Shown: in pieces, positions 49,132-62,627 of the stretch
Numbering within the stretch: position 1 is the first letter of the stretch
Layout: the number at the start of each line of letters is the position of its first letter
DNA from: Coniocarpon cinnabarinum
Lineage: Eukaryota
Reading direction: 5' to 3'
DNA length: 64,000 bases
Assembly (NCBI GenBank): GCA_051942205.1
Contig: JAVECO010000015.1
Location: 1 to 64,000, forward strand
Position numbers and translations under genes: made by a program
The notes under the pieces: model-generated
The model's input: only the letters and a program-made list of their open reading frames with translations
The model's database searches: none
Told to the model about the DNA's origin: nothing

Positions 49132-49461
49132 CTAACAGTCACCCTTGTGATCACATGCCACTGTTGCCTTTAATCCAAACCCAATGTCTTCCACGGTGAC
49201 GTACGGGCCATTGTTCTGAGCTGGTGCAGGCGGTGGGGGTGGTGGAGGAGGAGGAGGGGGAGGCGGACGAGCCACAGGACCATGCGTGACAAGAGGATGT
49301 GGCGCGGGAGGATGTGGTGGAGGCGCCTTGTGCGGAGGTGGTGCGAAGCCCATGGCTTCTAGAGCATTGTGTGGCGGGCCAGGGTTATGGTTTGGCTCCA
49401 AGGCTGCAACGGGGTCGCTGAGGGTCGCTGCCAGGAGCAAAATGCGGTCGACGATCCTCAT
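49132..49461 (-). CDS. Small putative secreted proline-rich protein (109 aa)
   Basis: MRIVDRILLLAATLSDPVAA signal-like start; PPPH repeats and a poly-Pro run; two C-terminal Cys. Confidence 0.5.
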   Translation of the reverse strand: MRIVDRILLLAATLSDPVAALEPNHNPGPPHNALEAMGFAPPPHKAPPPHPPAPHPLVTHGPVARPPPPPPPPPPPPPAPAQNNGPYVTVEDIGFGLKATVACDHKGDC

Positions 49462-50468
49462 CACGCTAACAATGTGCTCGAAAGCTCCGACAGCCGGTAA
49501 AATTGTCCAGGGCCGCTTCAAGGAGGCAAGAAAAAAGCTTCACAGGCGCAGGGAGTATCTGGATGCTGTGAGCAATCCGTGAGACTAGGCCCATGCCAAT
49601 GTGAGACGGATGCATCCTGCTTATGTAGTGGAACATGACGCCAAGAGTGACGGACGAGAGTAGTGGACAATGAACCTGGATAAAGGAAGCGTTCGTATTG
49701 TCTACTCCTTCGTATTGTGTTTTGGACAAACCATGAATCATGCCGGATTGACGCTGAGCCTATCATTCCAAGTGCTACCCTCAGCTTAATTCTGGGTTGC
49801 TGTATCTTTCTCAGACTCTCTTTCTTCTCCTTGAATCATGTGCAGCCCTGGCGCTCCAGAGAGCGTACAGCAGCGACGCCAGCTCCCACTGCTCCATTCC
49901 TCGCCCACCGAACCAAGTTGAATTTAAGGGCATACATAAAGCTAAGAAGCTGACCGCCCTCTCATTTTTTAGGCTCTTTGCAAAATCTATGCGACTCTTT
50001 TAGAGTGCATGGAACGATTCGGCCCCAGCAGTTTCTTTCATGTCTTTCTTTGGTATCTCCTACAAAAGCTATGGCAGTCTAGCTTACGAGATACGACGGG
50101 ATAGCTGTAAGCTTGCGGAAAACATGCTGATAGCGTGATCGTCATATGATTGCGGGTGTTCTAGTCTGGAGAGTTTGACTAAGGCGCAACGATGCGAGGG
50201 TGAAAGATTCCAAACTAGACACGTGATCTCGGGCTAAGAGTCGCCAATGCCGTAAGACTCGGCTCCACCGATCCCAATATGGTGATGTCCGTCGAATGCT
50301 TGACAGGGTTATGTTAAAATTATCGAGGTTTTCATTAGACCTACTTTAGCGTGGCACCCAGATGATAGTAAATTGATTTGACAGCCAATTGTTCAGAGAC
50401 ATTAAGTGTCTGTGAGACTTTCCCATTGCCGGGACGCTTCTCCGCTAGTATTGCAAGGGTCGGTGACC

Positions 50469-51707
<1,239 letters not shown>

Positions 51708-52019
51708 CGAGATTCAAAGTCATACACATACGAATGGAGTACCCTAAAAAGCTATAGGTATATCACGGCGAGATGACCATTCCGCAGATCTCCCATAGAC
51801 ATCGATTCCACGTTACCTATTTCGTGAGCAACTGGAATGGTTTTCATCCAGACATAACACGATGGATCAGCTACGAGGCACCTCAAAGTGAGCAACTGAA
51901 TGCGCTGAGTGATGCAGGCTCAGCCCATTTTCGACTGATTCTTTCTCACACTGCATACCCAAAATAATTCATGCTTGTGCCAGGTTTCAACCCGGTTCAA
52001 TGTCCTGTCCAGACTCCAC

Positions 52020-53398
52020 CTACGCAGTCCTTGTGTTCTCTACCTTCGTGATGATAATATCTTCGGCCCCAATATCAGCCAATCTGTCCATTGTGACTGC
52101 CATTGTCTGCCTCAGCACCATGGCGTTGACGGCAACCCAGTCACTGTCCTCCAAGCTAGTGATCGTCGGTGCCCGTTTCCCCGGCGTAATCTTCATGGCA
52201 GCTTCTTTGTCAGCTCGCCGGATGTTATACGTACAGAGGACGTATGACTGCGCTGTGATGACGCCGCGAATGCGGGACGCGATCAGATTGACCATGGTAG
52301 GATCTGAAGGATGCTTCGACTTGACGAGAACGGCTGTGGATGAGACGACAGTGTCGATTGCTCGAAGACCTGCTGCACGCATTGTCTCACCAGATTCTAG
52401 AACCCACTTAGCTCGTCGTGGACCATAGCCAGCGCTAGGCAGATTATGCTTACCAACAAGATCAACTATTCCATCTGCCACGCCCAGCGCACAGGCGGCT
52501 TCTACGCTGCCACTGGCAAAGTGAAGTTTCGTGCGCAGCTTCCCGTCAGTGACTTCCGCAAGTCCATTTCGATCAGTGCTGTGCGCCTTTTCTAGTTTTC
52601 GAAAATACTGCTCGGATAGGTTTGTGAAGCTCGTGACTACGTTTTTGCCAATGAGAGAGCTGGGGTGCTCGTATGGCCGGTCTCTCGGCGTCTGTACCTG
52701 TAATGCACATTTGCCAAACCCCAAGTCCATTACGGTCTCAGCTCCAGAGGTAGGGGTTGGGGGCGTGCCAGCCTCATACTCGGCGACTTGGTCCCATCCC
52801 GTTATGCCCAGGTCCACTCGACCCTCTCCAACAAAAAAGGGAATATCGGCAGCTGGAAGGAATATCAGGGCAATCGGCAGATTCTTGACCAGGGCAATGT
52901 CAAGACGATTATGGCGGGTGAATTGAATATCGCTACCAGCAAGAAGATCGAGAGTCGCTGTATTGAGGCGGCCCTCTAGAAAGAAGTCATTAGACGGTCA
53001 TTCAAAGCACGCTGTCAGCCTGCGACTGATGTTAGCTCATTGAACCCTCCTGATAAGGACAACAGCAAGTTCGAGATACTGTCAAGACTATGCAAAAATC
53101 CTTTTGAAATTCAATGTTTTGCAATTTTGCATGCGACAGCCATCTTTTCTTCTAATGCTGTTCGGAAAGAGATAAGCACGCAGTAATTTCTTTTTCATAC
53201 AGTGATGCAAAGAACCCTATTACAGTGCGCACAATGAAGAGTTTTTTCGATAGACATGGCATATGTTTGCGACTAAATGCACATACCTCACTTTTCGGTA
53301 CAGCAAACAACAGCCGATCAGTCAAGCTGACAAGATGTCAGTCATGCTTTTAAGTTGGTGCGGAGCAGACGTCGGCCGTACTGATTAACGAGGTCCAT
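52020..53398 (-). CDS. HIS1: ATP phosphoribosyltransferase
   Basis: MDLVNHLTDRLLFAVPKKGRL, DLGITGWDQ, GSVEAACALGVADGIVDLVESGETM, TPGKRAPT. Introns 53327-53381, 52976-53291 and 52397-52453. Confidence 0.96.
53077..53235 (-). ncRNA. Candidate intronic structured RNA (two hairpins, H/ACA-like)
   Basis: Two stems found by eye, separated by a hinge containing ACAGCA (ANANNA), with ACA near the 3' end. Lies inside an unusually long HIS1 intron. No family match available. Confidence 0.35.
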
Positions 53399-53679
53399 GG
53401 CCAAGGTATCACACTGATATTCCTCGAGGGCTATTCACGCCGTCGTGATGGTACTGGCAGATAGAACCAGCTCGACCGAGCTGCCAGCGCCAACACGCCA
53501 AACCCATCGAAAGATATGACACATTGCAAATCTTTTTTTAAACACATTTCATCAAACTCGGCGCGGGGCAGCTGCACGGCCCGAATATACCTATTGCGGT
53601 ATAGCTGTTCCTGGAGGGCGGAAGCTAGCGCAAGGCCCAAACACAAGCCCGAGCACGCCATGTGGAACGCGACTGATGT

Positions 53680-54774
53680 TCACACCATCTCTAAAACAAC
53701 CTTCTCTTCCGCTGCCACGTCGTGATATCCTTTATCGCTGCCCGATTTTGTATCATGCGAGTTGGGCTCATCGCTTTCTGTTCGTTCGCCGTCACCAAAA
53801 GCGCTTTTGAAGAAGCTGTCGTAGCTGGCCCAGACAGCAAAGAATATCAATGATGCGAGCTGAACTAGCCATGGCGGCGCTCTGCCACTATCATCGTTGA
53901 ACGTACTAAAAAGACTGAACAATGTAGTCAAGACTGGCTGCCAGATGGACAAAAAGATGAATCGTCCCACTCGCTGACGCTGCGTCGTCGCACGATACGG
54001 ACGGATCTGAGCAAGGTATTCGCGGTACTCCCTTGGGAGGTCGTTTTCCGCCGCACCATCCGTGAGAAGTTTTAGATACCGCGCAGATGGCTGCGCATAG
54101 CTCGGATCTGGTCTCATGAGCCGTCCCTTGTCATCAGATGAGTCCCTCGGCGGCGCAAACAATGTGTGGACCTGGAGGAGCTCTTTGCCAGGTTCATTCG
54201 GTACTTCGTCTGCACCTCTGGGAAGCACGTAGCAGTCGACAACAACATCTTGATACGCAGCGCCACCTCCTTCGGTAGCAATGACATGGGCATAATCCGA
54301 CGGCGTCAATTCATACGCCACCCCAACCAAGCCTTTTTGCCATCGATCTTTGTGGTAGGGAGGTTTCCCATTTCCAGGCCGTATTAGAGCATTTTCTTTG
54401 ACCATCTCCGGTCGGCGACTTGCTGAATTGGCAAAGCATGGTTCGGAGTACGGAACGCCAGGAAGATCAAATGCCAGTCGTAGCTCGGGCACCAAAACGT
54501 TGACAGACGAAATGGGATGAATGTTCCGACGTCCGCGGAACGTTGCCGCGGCAAGATTGGATCCATAAGCAAGGTAGAAGATCGTACCTCGCGCGTTCGC
54601 TAAGTTTTCGACGTGCTTCACACAATTCCCCCGGCATCCAGGACGCAGTGGATCTGTCCTTAATGAGTCACGGTGAAGACTCGGAGACGAACATTTCGTC
54701 GATTCTGTATCAGTCTCGTGGTTGCGGATCTTCTTGGTCTCGGCCAGCACGGCCCGAAGTTGGGTCGCTGCCAT
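53680..54774 (-). CDS. Gamma-glutamylcyclotransferase, GliK-like
   Basis: FYLAYGSNL, FDLPGVPYSEPCFAN, W.KGLVGVAYELT, ATEGGG..Y, QPSARYLKLL.DGA.E..LP; two C-terminal hydrophobic helices. Confidence 0.85.
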   Translation of the reverse strand: MAATQLRAVLAETKKIRNHETDTESTKCSSPSLHRDSLRTDPLRPGCRGNCVKHVENLANARGTIFYLAYGSNLAAATFRGRRNIHPISSVNVLVPELRLAFDLPGVPYSEPCFANSASRRPEMVKENALIRPGNGKPPYHKDRWQKGLVGVAYELTPSDYAHVIATEGGGAAYQDVVVDCYVLPRGADEVPNEPGKELLQVHTLFAPPRDSSDDKGRLMRPDPSYAQPSARYLKLLTDGAAENDLPREYREYLAQIRPYRATTQRQRVGRFIFLSIWQPVLTTLFSLFSTFNDDSGRAPPWLVQLASLIFFAVWASYDSFFKSAFGDGERTESDEPNSHDTKSGSDKGYHDVAAEEKVVLEMV

Positions 54775-55578
54775 GATCGGGCACAAGTCACCCAAAGCTG
54801 TCAGAGTTTGTCAAGGCTAAGATGCAAGTCTCTTTTCGAAAAGGAATACACAACGGGCCATCTGGCAGGAGATAAATCCTACCGATATACGAGCTCTAGT
54901 CGATGACAAATGTGCACGGGCCACATTGCAATCGGGGCAGGACAATGTTCCGTTGCCGACTCAGAGGTGAGATCCAGGGATGCAACTTCCTCTTCCATTC
55001 TTGTCATGTCTTTGTTGTGCAGGCTCGAGTATTACGCACGCGGCGTCGCAAGTACGTGGCGTCGTGTACAACATGAGCAGCCACTTGATGCCTTTCAGAT
55101 GGTAATGCAGACGGCAGTTGATCACTACAGCCAGATGTCACGCTCTGGTGGCTGCACTGAGCACCTTCTGACACAAGTGTCGAGTCCTCATACTCGCTTG
55201 TGAGAAGTGACGACGACCCCGAGCATGCTTCAACTTTGTCCGGAGCGGATGGGGTTGTTGATAAAGTCTGGCGCTTGGTAGCCGGAGTTTGCTGCTTCGC
55301 GCCACAGGTAGTTATCAGCGGCCGCTGAGATACGTCTAGCATGTTGAGAACGTGAGATGACCATGGCTCGTGCCTTGCAAATGAGGTTTCAGTGCTCTGT
55401 AGGTAGAAACGTCAGGATCTCAAGGTCGCAGGTTAACCCGCATGCACTCCCTCACCGCCAGTTCCATCTTTAGGTCCTTCCCAGGCCTCAGTCCGGCCGG
55501 GACCTCATATTCCATGCCTTTCTCTCGCCCACTTGCATTGTGTTTCTCCCATAGGCGGTCCCATGCACGCTGAACACC

Positions 55579-58500
55579 ATGCCCTCCATCACAGCGCAGG
55601 TCGCTGCCCTTGCTAAGAAGCTGACTACGGATGCTGACATCGTTGTCAACGACGTTATTGCTCTGATGGTAAGCTGCAGAAATCCGGAACTATCTTCGAA
55701 ATTCCCTCACCATCTTCACTTAGCATGACGTCCGGACATCCTCCAACCAAGATTTCAAAGTACCCAACAGTCAGCTAAGGACGCTTGTCGAGCACTTGAC
55801 GCTAGACAGGCACGAGGTAATGCTTCGAAGATGGGCAAGTCATCCCTCGGCGTGCGTAGATACCTTGCTGCTAATTTATAATAGACTGGTCTGCTGCTCT
55901 TCGACCTAGCCAAACGGAGCGAGGCTGTCGCTACATCCATCATTACGTCGCTTTCGGATCTCTTCCCCTTACTTGGCAAGTTGATCAAGGACGACGGACC
56001 ACAGGACGTCAAGTTTGTTGTTGGCCGATTGATTCAGATATTGTTTCAGCATGGCGTGGAAGAAGAGGCATTCTTCCACCACGATCACTCAGGCTTTGAG
56101 GTGAGCGCGACATTGCCCCATGTTTCTTATCGATCTACAAGGTAATGTCGCAGCTAATATTGACTAGGTTGAATCCTTTCCTAAGACCGACTCTTCCCAA
56201 TGGATGGCCGAGTTTCAACGCTATTGTGACGGTGATATTAGCAAAGGGTAACGCATGGTCGTCCTGCGCTTTCATGGTCTGACTGATCGTTAATCTAAGC
56301 TCTCCCGCCTCATGGCCCACTCACGTCTTTTCTGCCGAACATCCGAAGCTCGCACATGCGTCGGGGTGCCTCTTCTTCATGGTGTCTGGGGCACAATGTT
56401 GTCTCATTGAGGGAACATCGAACCCAAAATTCATCGACGTGCCGCTCAAGTCCTGCATAACGTCAAAGATATATGGGGTCACAATCAGTGGCAGTCCAGC
56501 TCAGAGGGAAGCAAAAGCATACGAGCTAGAACTTACGTTACAACCAGCCGTGTTCTACGTTGACGCGCAAGCAACATCTTCGCAGTGGATCAAAATTGGG
56601 TTTCGCAATAGCAGTGAGGCCAAGGCAGCTTTGACTGATATACAAAGTAGGTGCTCAGTAGAACAATTTAGCAACATAGCTTTCACAAAGACCATGCACT
56701 GACTTCTGATTCAGACGCAAAACAAGCTCCTTCTGCAAAGGGCTACTTTGCCATCAGCGAGCGCATCCTTGCTGATCCAATTCCGATAGACAATGACGTC
56801 GAAGATGAGTTAGATGATACTCGAACCAGTTGCAAGCGTCCCCATGATGATGATGCTGCGTCCTCAGACAAGGGAAAGCTCAAATCAGCACCAGTTGGGA
56901 GACTACGCAAAAGTGCGCGAGTCAGTAATGTGAAAGATGACGAGAATGATATTTTTGAGTTCAACCCAACCTCGAAACAACAGGGTCATGGCAAACAGTC
57001 GGGTAAAAAAGTTGCACCAAAGTTGGCCACGGCAACCAAGCAAAAACAAGCTCCAGCCAGCAAAAGGAGAGTCAAAAAGTCACACAAGTTGCTTCAACCC
57101 ACTGGCGATATAACTGATGAAGACGTCGATGACGAATCCCGCCTATCTCCATTGCCAGCTGAGCCAGATAGTGTGACGAAAAAACCACAGATTGTTGATT
57201 TTGATGAGAACGGGCCACGAAACCAGCCAGGTGCAATGCGCGCTGCTGAACGTGCACCACTACAGGCATCGGAGGAGCCTCGTGTCGACAACGACGGCTT
57301 CTTCATCCCTCTAAAGCCTACTAAAACGACAGACTTGTTGAGAGCTGTGGAACCCCGCCAGGCGCGAGGTAAACACGTTTCAAACGACTTGCCTGTGTCC
57401 AAGACTGATTCAGCTGTTCTTTCGCTAGCACTTGATGCGCCTCTTTCCAAGGATGACAAGGACCATAAGCATGGTCAGGATGCAGAAAAAAGCAGTTTCA
57501 TTGGTAAGTCCAAGTTGAGTGCCAATATATTCTGCACGCCACCAGCCACAGAAACAGAAGGTCAAGACCCACTTCAACACGATAGTGCATGCGAGCAGCA
57601 TGGTTCGCAATTGGCGCCGGTCATCGTCTCGGATGATACCACGAACAGCCAGACTGATGAACCCCTCGCACATGAATTTCCCATGCGTCAGCCGAAGCCC
57701 ATTCACCGGATGCTCTCAAAAGGTCTCCCAGGCTTAGGCAAGGCTGAAAATGCTCCTTTGTTGCATGATCAACCGTACACAGCTGACGACGTTTTTCGTG
57801 GAGATGATTTGGTACCAACTTCAGCACAACCACAGCCAAGGACCAGCCCTGGAGCGGAGGTCCGTCGTGTATCACCCGAGTCTAGCCACGGATCCAGCTC
57901 CCGTTCTGAGTCACAAGAGCAATCAAGACATGGTTCCAGCCCCGATAGGCGACCTACAGGCTCTCAACTTTCTCGGCGAGTCACCGAATCTGGTAGTCCA
58001 TTCCCCGCCCAACAGAAGCTTCCTTTAGATGGAGAGCGTGGATCTGCTTTATTGATGCAGCTTAGAGCTGTGCAGCCCGTGCAAGTCCCGGCTCAGAAGC
58101 CAGAAGAAACATCAAATCCAGGAAGGTGGGTCGCAGGTGATGATGAAGACGAGACGCTTGTGGAAGAAGTCGCCCAAGTTGAAACGGAGTCTCCTGGCTG
58201 TAACGAGACAAACTCCAACCGCCTAGGCCAGCCTATCCAGACTATGAAGCAATCAGAACCGTCCACTGCCGGTGTTCGAAGCAAACCTCGCTGGTCCTTC
58301 GTCGATCACAAGTCCAGTTCCCCAAGCTCTAGCGATCAGCAAGAGGAAACACCACAAAGCCATGCTACAACCGCAGACCAAGCCGATGAGAGTATGAGCT
58401 ATGAAGTGCCCGCCCACCACAAAGGCATGATGGACGCACTGATGCGCATCTCCCGCGAGCTTCTCGCTCAGGTGGAGGATCAAGAGACGGCAGCAAACGC

Positions 58501-58777
58501 TGTCACTCGCGCCTACGCGGATGGAGGAGCGAAGCTTCTCGCCGAGGTCACGGCTTCGCACTCCAGAGACGCCGAAGACAGCATTCATCGGCTCAGTAAG
58601 GCCAGAGCAGCACTCAAACAGACTATTAAGAATGGGATACAGACTTTAGAGAAGAGCGGCAAGCAGACGCGAGCTCAAGTGGGTAACCTGACGAGGCATA
58701 CAGCTCAGGCACATGAAGGCTTGGACGACAAATTGGCGATCATTGACGAGATGTTAAAAGCCACCGAAGCTCAATGA
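55579..58777 (+). CDS. Large hypothetical protein (~962 aa, 6 exons): folded N-terminus, disordered middle, C-terminal coiled coil
   Basis: GT-AG introns 55669-55723, 55817-55884, 56101-56167, 56248-56299 and 56647-56714 give one continuous frame from ATG 55579 into ORF 56930-58777. Confidence 0.75.
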
Positions 58778-59282
58778 TTGCGACGTAATGAGCGACTCCT
58801 GACCGGCTTTGTGACTGCACCTGCTGTATCCCAGACGAGCAGCAAGCAGTGGCCTATTGGGGGTGGGACGAAGTGCGAACAAGGAGCATTGAGATATACA
58901 GCGCATAATGTGTACATGGGCATCTTCAAAGCACGCTGGAACTTTCAATAGCAGACACCAGCCGAGAGATTCTCCACTTGACTTAGCTTGAACTTGATCT
59001 CTAAGTGTGTATCCTCAAAGTCAGTTTCACAAGCAGCACCCGTCTGACTAGCTGCACCGAACCCTGCATAATCAAACAAGATCCCGTCTGAGTCAGCATC
59101 CATACCCAAAACGTCTCACGCGTCTGCCTAAATAATCAAGTTCGAATACGTATTTAGCAAATCTTTACCAACACCCTAATCTTACGAACCATCATCGTTC
59201 CTACATTTAAATCAACGCAGTCTGACCCATCTCGTATCTGGTGTAAGAGCAATCGAAAGTGACCGCCATTGCGCAAATACGG

Positions 59283-60989
59283 ATGACCACCGAAGTCCGA
59301 GCACGTCCGTACAAGCCCCGCCCTAATCGGCGGACGCAGCAGTCTCTAGTCTTCGTGGAGCCGTTCACGAAGGATGCGGATCCGATTGGGACCAGCAAGT
59401 CGGCCGCGACGAGGCATACGGTTAAGAAATGGAGTATGCTTAATCGGAAGAACAGGCATATACCCAGCAGCAGCAGTTCAGAGATCCTATATGGGTCACG
59501 TGGACCTTTGAAGCATGGTGCAACAGCAGTTGATGAGAAAGGGCGTGAGAATCACAGACGGGATGAAACGAGCGAACGTAGAGACGTGCAAAGGCCTAGT
59601 GACGAGACAGTGAACGAAGATGCTACAGATTTATGTGTGTACTCAAAGCCACAAATAGTCACAGCATTGGCCATCCGCAACGACGATCCCTTCGACACAA
59701 TGCCCATCAGCGTCCCGACCAAAGTCTCCGCCCTCCTCCGCAGCTACGTCACACATCACACAGTCCATTCGCGGCCTTGGTTCCAGCCCGACGACGACTA
59801 CGGCTCCCTCCTCGTCGACGCTCGAAAACATACATGGCTCGCTGTCGCGCGCGAAAGCGGGGCCGCATACGCCGCTCTGCTCGCCTTCCTGACTGCCACA
59901 AGTCCCTTTCAGAGCGACGTTGCAGCTATACGAGAGGGGTTGCTAGGTGAAGCGTACCGACGCACAAATTCAGAGCTAGCAAGCCGACGTGCGCTCGCAA
60001 ATAGCACAGTCCTGGCGGTTGTGATGATGCTTTTGATTGCGGAGGTGATGGGAGACGACGCGGCGTTCCAGAGCCATGCGCGAGGTCTGGCGGCGTTGTT
60101 GCAAAGTCGGCGGGAGAATCCTGGGCAGACGCGGGAGTTCGTCCAGCCGGAGAAGTATCCGTTTGAGCCACTGAAGGCAGCGGGCGGTAGCTTCTTCAGC
60201 GGAGCCGGTTTTGAACAGTTGAGGGACTCTGGGTTCATTTCGCGGGCGCAGTGGGATGCCTGGTTCAAGACTGCGATGGTGGTGAGTGGCCTTGTAGTCA
60301 GGACACCGGGTGACACGTTCTGGTGAGTACCGAGCCCTTCCACTGATGATCCAGCATGGGTGTGCTGATCGAGACTCATTGACAGGTGGAGTGCCTTGGC
60401 TCAGAATAAATGGTTACTTGGGCCTCCAACCGAGCTTGGACTTTTGCCCTTGGATACCGTCTTTCGTGCGACCACTAGGCTCAATTGGCACCTCGTTGTC
60501 TTCCAAGGAGCGCTGGTGACGTCTCCTATCGTTCGAGGTATGATCACCACGATACGGTCGAATTTAACTCGAAAGGACGTGGAACTGCTGCTGGTATTAC
60601 AACCCTTCGCAGTGATATGGATAGCGTTATCTGCTGGTCCATACGCTCTGAATCTACAGGACTGGTTTCACACGCTCCTGCAAGGAGGCATAGTAGCAGC
60701 AGGGCGCCCGACGTTTAAGAATGCGGCCAAAGTAATGGAGAATGAGTATTTGTGGCATCTGAACAGGGACTTTGCGGCTGAGAAGTTCTGGCATCAGGGA
60801 CGATCTGAATCAAAAGGAAAGAAATGCTGTCGGCCAGACATCACCGATAAACCGTCTCAAGAGCAGGTTGAGAAGGATATGATGACCCTATTCAGAACAC
60901 TTGAGTTCGATGTCGGTGATGGAAACGGCGACGCATTGGAGATGTTGAAGAAGAGATGCAAAGCATGTCTGTGCGCTTGGTGGGTATGA
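59283..60989 (+). CDS. Fungal transcription-factor-like protein lacking a Zn2Cys6 cluster
   Basis: LVFVE...SAATRHTVK, DPFDTMP, and a helical region ending FQSHARGL..LLQSR, resembling fungal-specific TF domains. Intron 60323-60385 joins two ORFs. Confidence 0.6.
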
Positions 60990-61168
60990 ACTGGCAACAT
61001 GAGCCGGCACTCGGCGATTTTTCCCAGACAGCGACAGCAACAGACTCTCAGCAGACGTAGCTTGCGAAGTACGCCGTTATTCAGTGAAGACTGTACTGCG
61101 TAAGCGGCATGATACCGCCACCCAGATTCCAATCCAGAAGTGATGATGGAACGGCAACAGTGCGGTCT

Positions 61169-61822
61169 TCAGTTGTCACGTTCGTTTGCTAAGAGCTTCT
61201 CATCATCCGCCATCACGGACCCATGCGCTTGATGTGCTTTCTTCTCGGTCTTATCAGTGCTATGCTCGCCTTTTTCATCGTCCGCACAGCCGCAGTCGTA
61301 GAAGTCGCCAATCTCAGAGCAATCGAAAAGGTCTTTGCTAAGGCTTTTGTTGACTTCGTTGTGAACCAGGCACCCCCAAGCAGCGGCGGCCGACCTAGAC
61401 GACACCTGTGGAGGGTACTTGTCGAGGATGTGGCCAAAGTGCCCAGCACATTCTCCACAGGGGTACAGTCGTTGAAAGAGATGGACGTAAGACTTCAAAG
61501 CCGCCTTCTCCTCGTCTGTGGGCTTATCTGGGAAACGAGCAAAGGTGGTGTGAAGAAGCTTCCACGCCGCTCGACCAAGCTCCGCCTTGGCAGTTTCATT
61601 TCCGAGCTTAGGCGCAATTGCATGTCCGGTCAGGAGTCGGCTGTCGATAGGATGATCAGGATGTTGCTCTTGCAGTGCATCACGGTCTCCCGAGTGAAGT
61701 TGTCTTGAGGCGCCTTGAGGATACTGGAAGTGATATGAAATGGTAAAGACAACGAAGCAAATCGCAACAAAGATAGCGTAGATCTGAAGGCCCGACCGCT
61801 TGGAACCGTTGTAGTTGGCCAT
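61169..61822 (-). CDS. ERV2: FAD-linked sulfhydryl oxidase Erv2
   Basis: N-terminal TM; ELGRAAWKLLHT, LYPCGECAGHF, HNEVNKSL.K..FDC, and the Erv2-specific YDCGC tail. Confidence 0.95.
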   Translation of the reverse strand: MANYNGSKRSGLQIYAIFVAICFVVFTISYHFQYPQGASRQLHSGDRDALQEQHPDHPIDSRLLTGHAIAPKLGNETAKAELGRAAWKLLHTTFARFPDKPTDEEKAALKSYVHLFQRLYPCGECAGHFGHILDKYPPQVSSRSAAAAWGCLVHNEVNKSLSKDLFDCSEIGDFYDCGCADDEKGEHSTDKTEKKAHQAHGSVMADDEKLLANERDN

Positions 61823-62627
61823 GGTCTGCGAGGGTCAGAAGGTTCGTTAATGAGGTACTGAGGATCTGGGAAGGTGTTGAAAGGAGCGTGGGTGCCTGTG
61901 GAGGCCAGAGGCTGCTTTTGAGCAGGAGCTGAGGTGGAGTGGTGGTGGTATCGTGCTACCTTGCCTACATGCGTTGACTGCTGTACAGCCACCCAAGACC
62001 AAGGCGAAGCAGCGGAATTGCTTCCGTGTTTCATCGCCCGCCCAAGTCAGGCATTGGTGTCACGTGTGTTGGCTGGTTGGTGCGGAAGTCGGCGGGGCGT
62101 AAACATGGCCTAGCGTAGCGCGCTAATAAGGCTTGGCATGGTCGAGTCATCGCCGGCCCTCTGCTCGTAAGTTACCACGTTGTATGTGTGCATGAATTAG
62201 CAGTCGTCTGGAGCGTCATCGGTGGCTTTCTGTAGTTTTATGATATTGCTGTCTCGTTCGCGCAGCCCACACTTCCTGTTTGAACCCATCACAGCACCTC
62301 TAGACCATCCTTCCTCGACCCAACTCATTCTTCCCGACTCCACACTGGTTTCAGTCTTGACAGGTGAAGACTCGACGAAAGCTGATAATATTTCCTTTGG
62401 GACGGAAGCTGCTGTCCACCTCTGCCTGCCTGCAGTAACTCTCCACCACTTCAATGTCGCGTGGAAGCATCTCGCGTTTCAAGAACAAGTTCCTTGGTGA
62501 CAGTGTATGTAATCTCCTTCTTGCATCTGCTGAACCTGCATCTGTACTTGATCGGACTCTCTTCGCCGCCCTCGCTCAGCGCCTCATCCTTATGTTTGCA
62601 CTTCTCGCTCCACCTTAACATCCCAAA

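Noticed and set aside
53680..54774. GliK-like gene as a marker of an ETP toxin cluster
   Set aside because: No NRPS, P450, GST or thioredoxin reductase nearby; neighbours are housekeeping genes.
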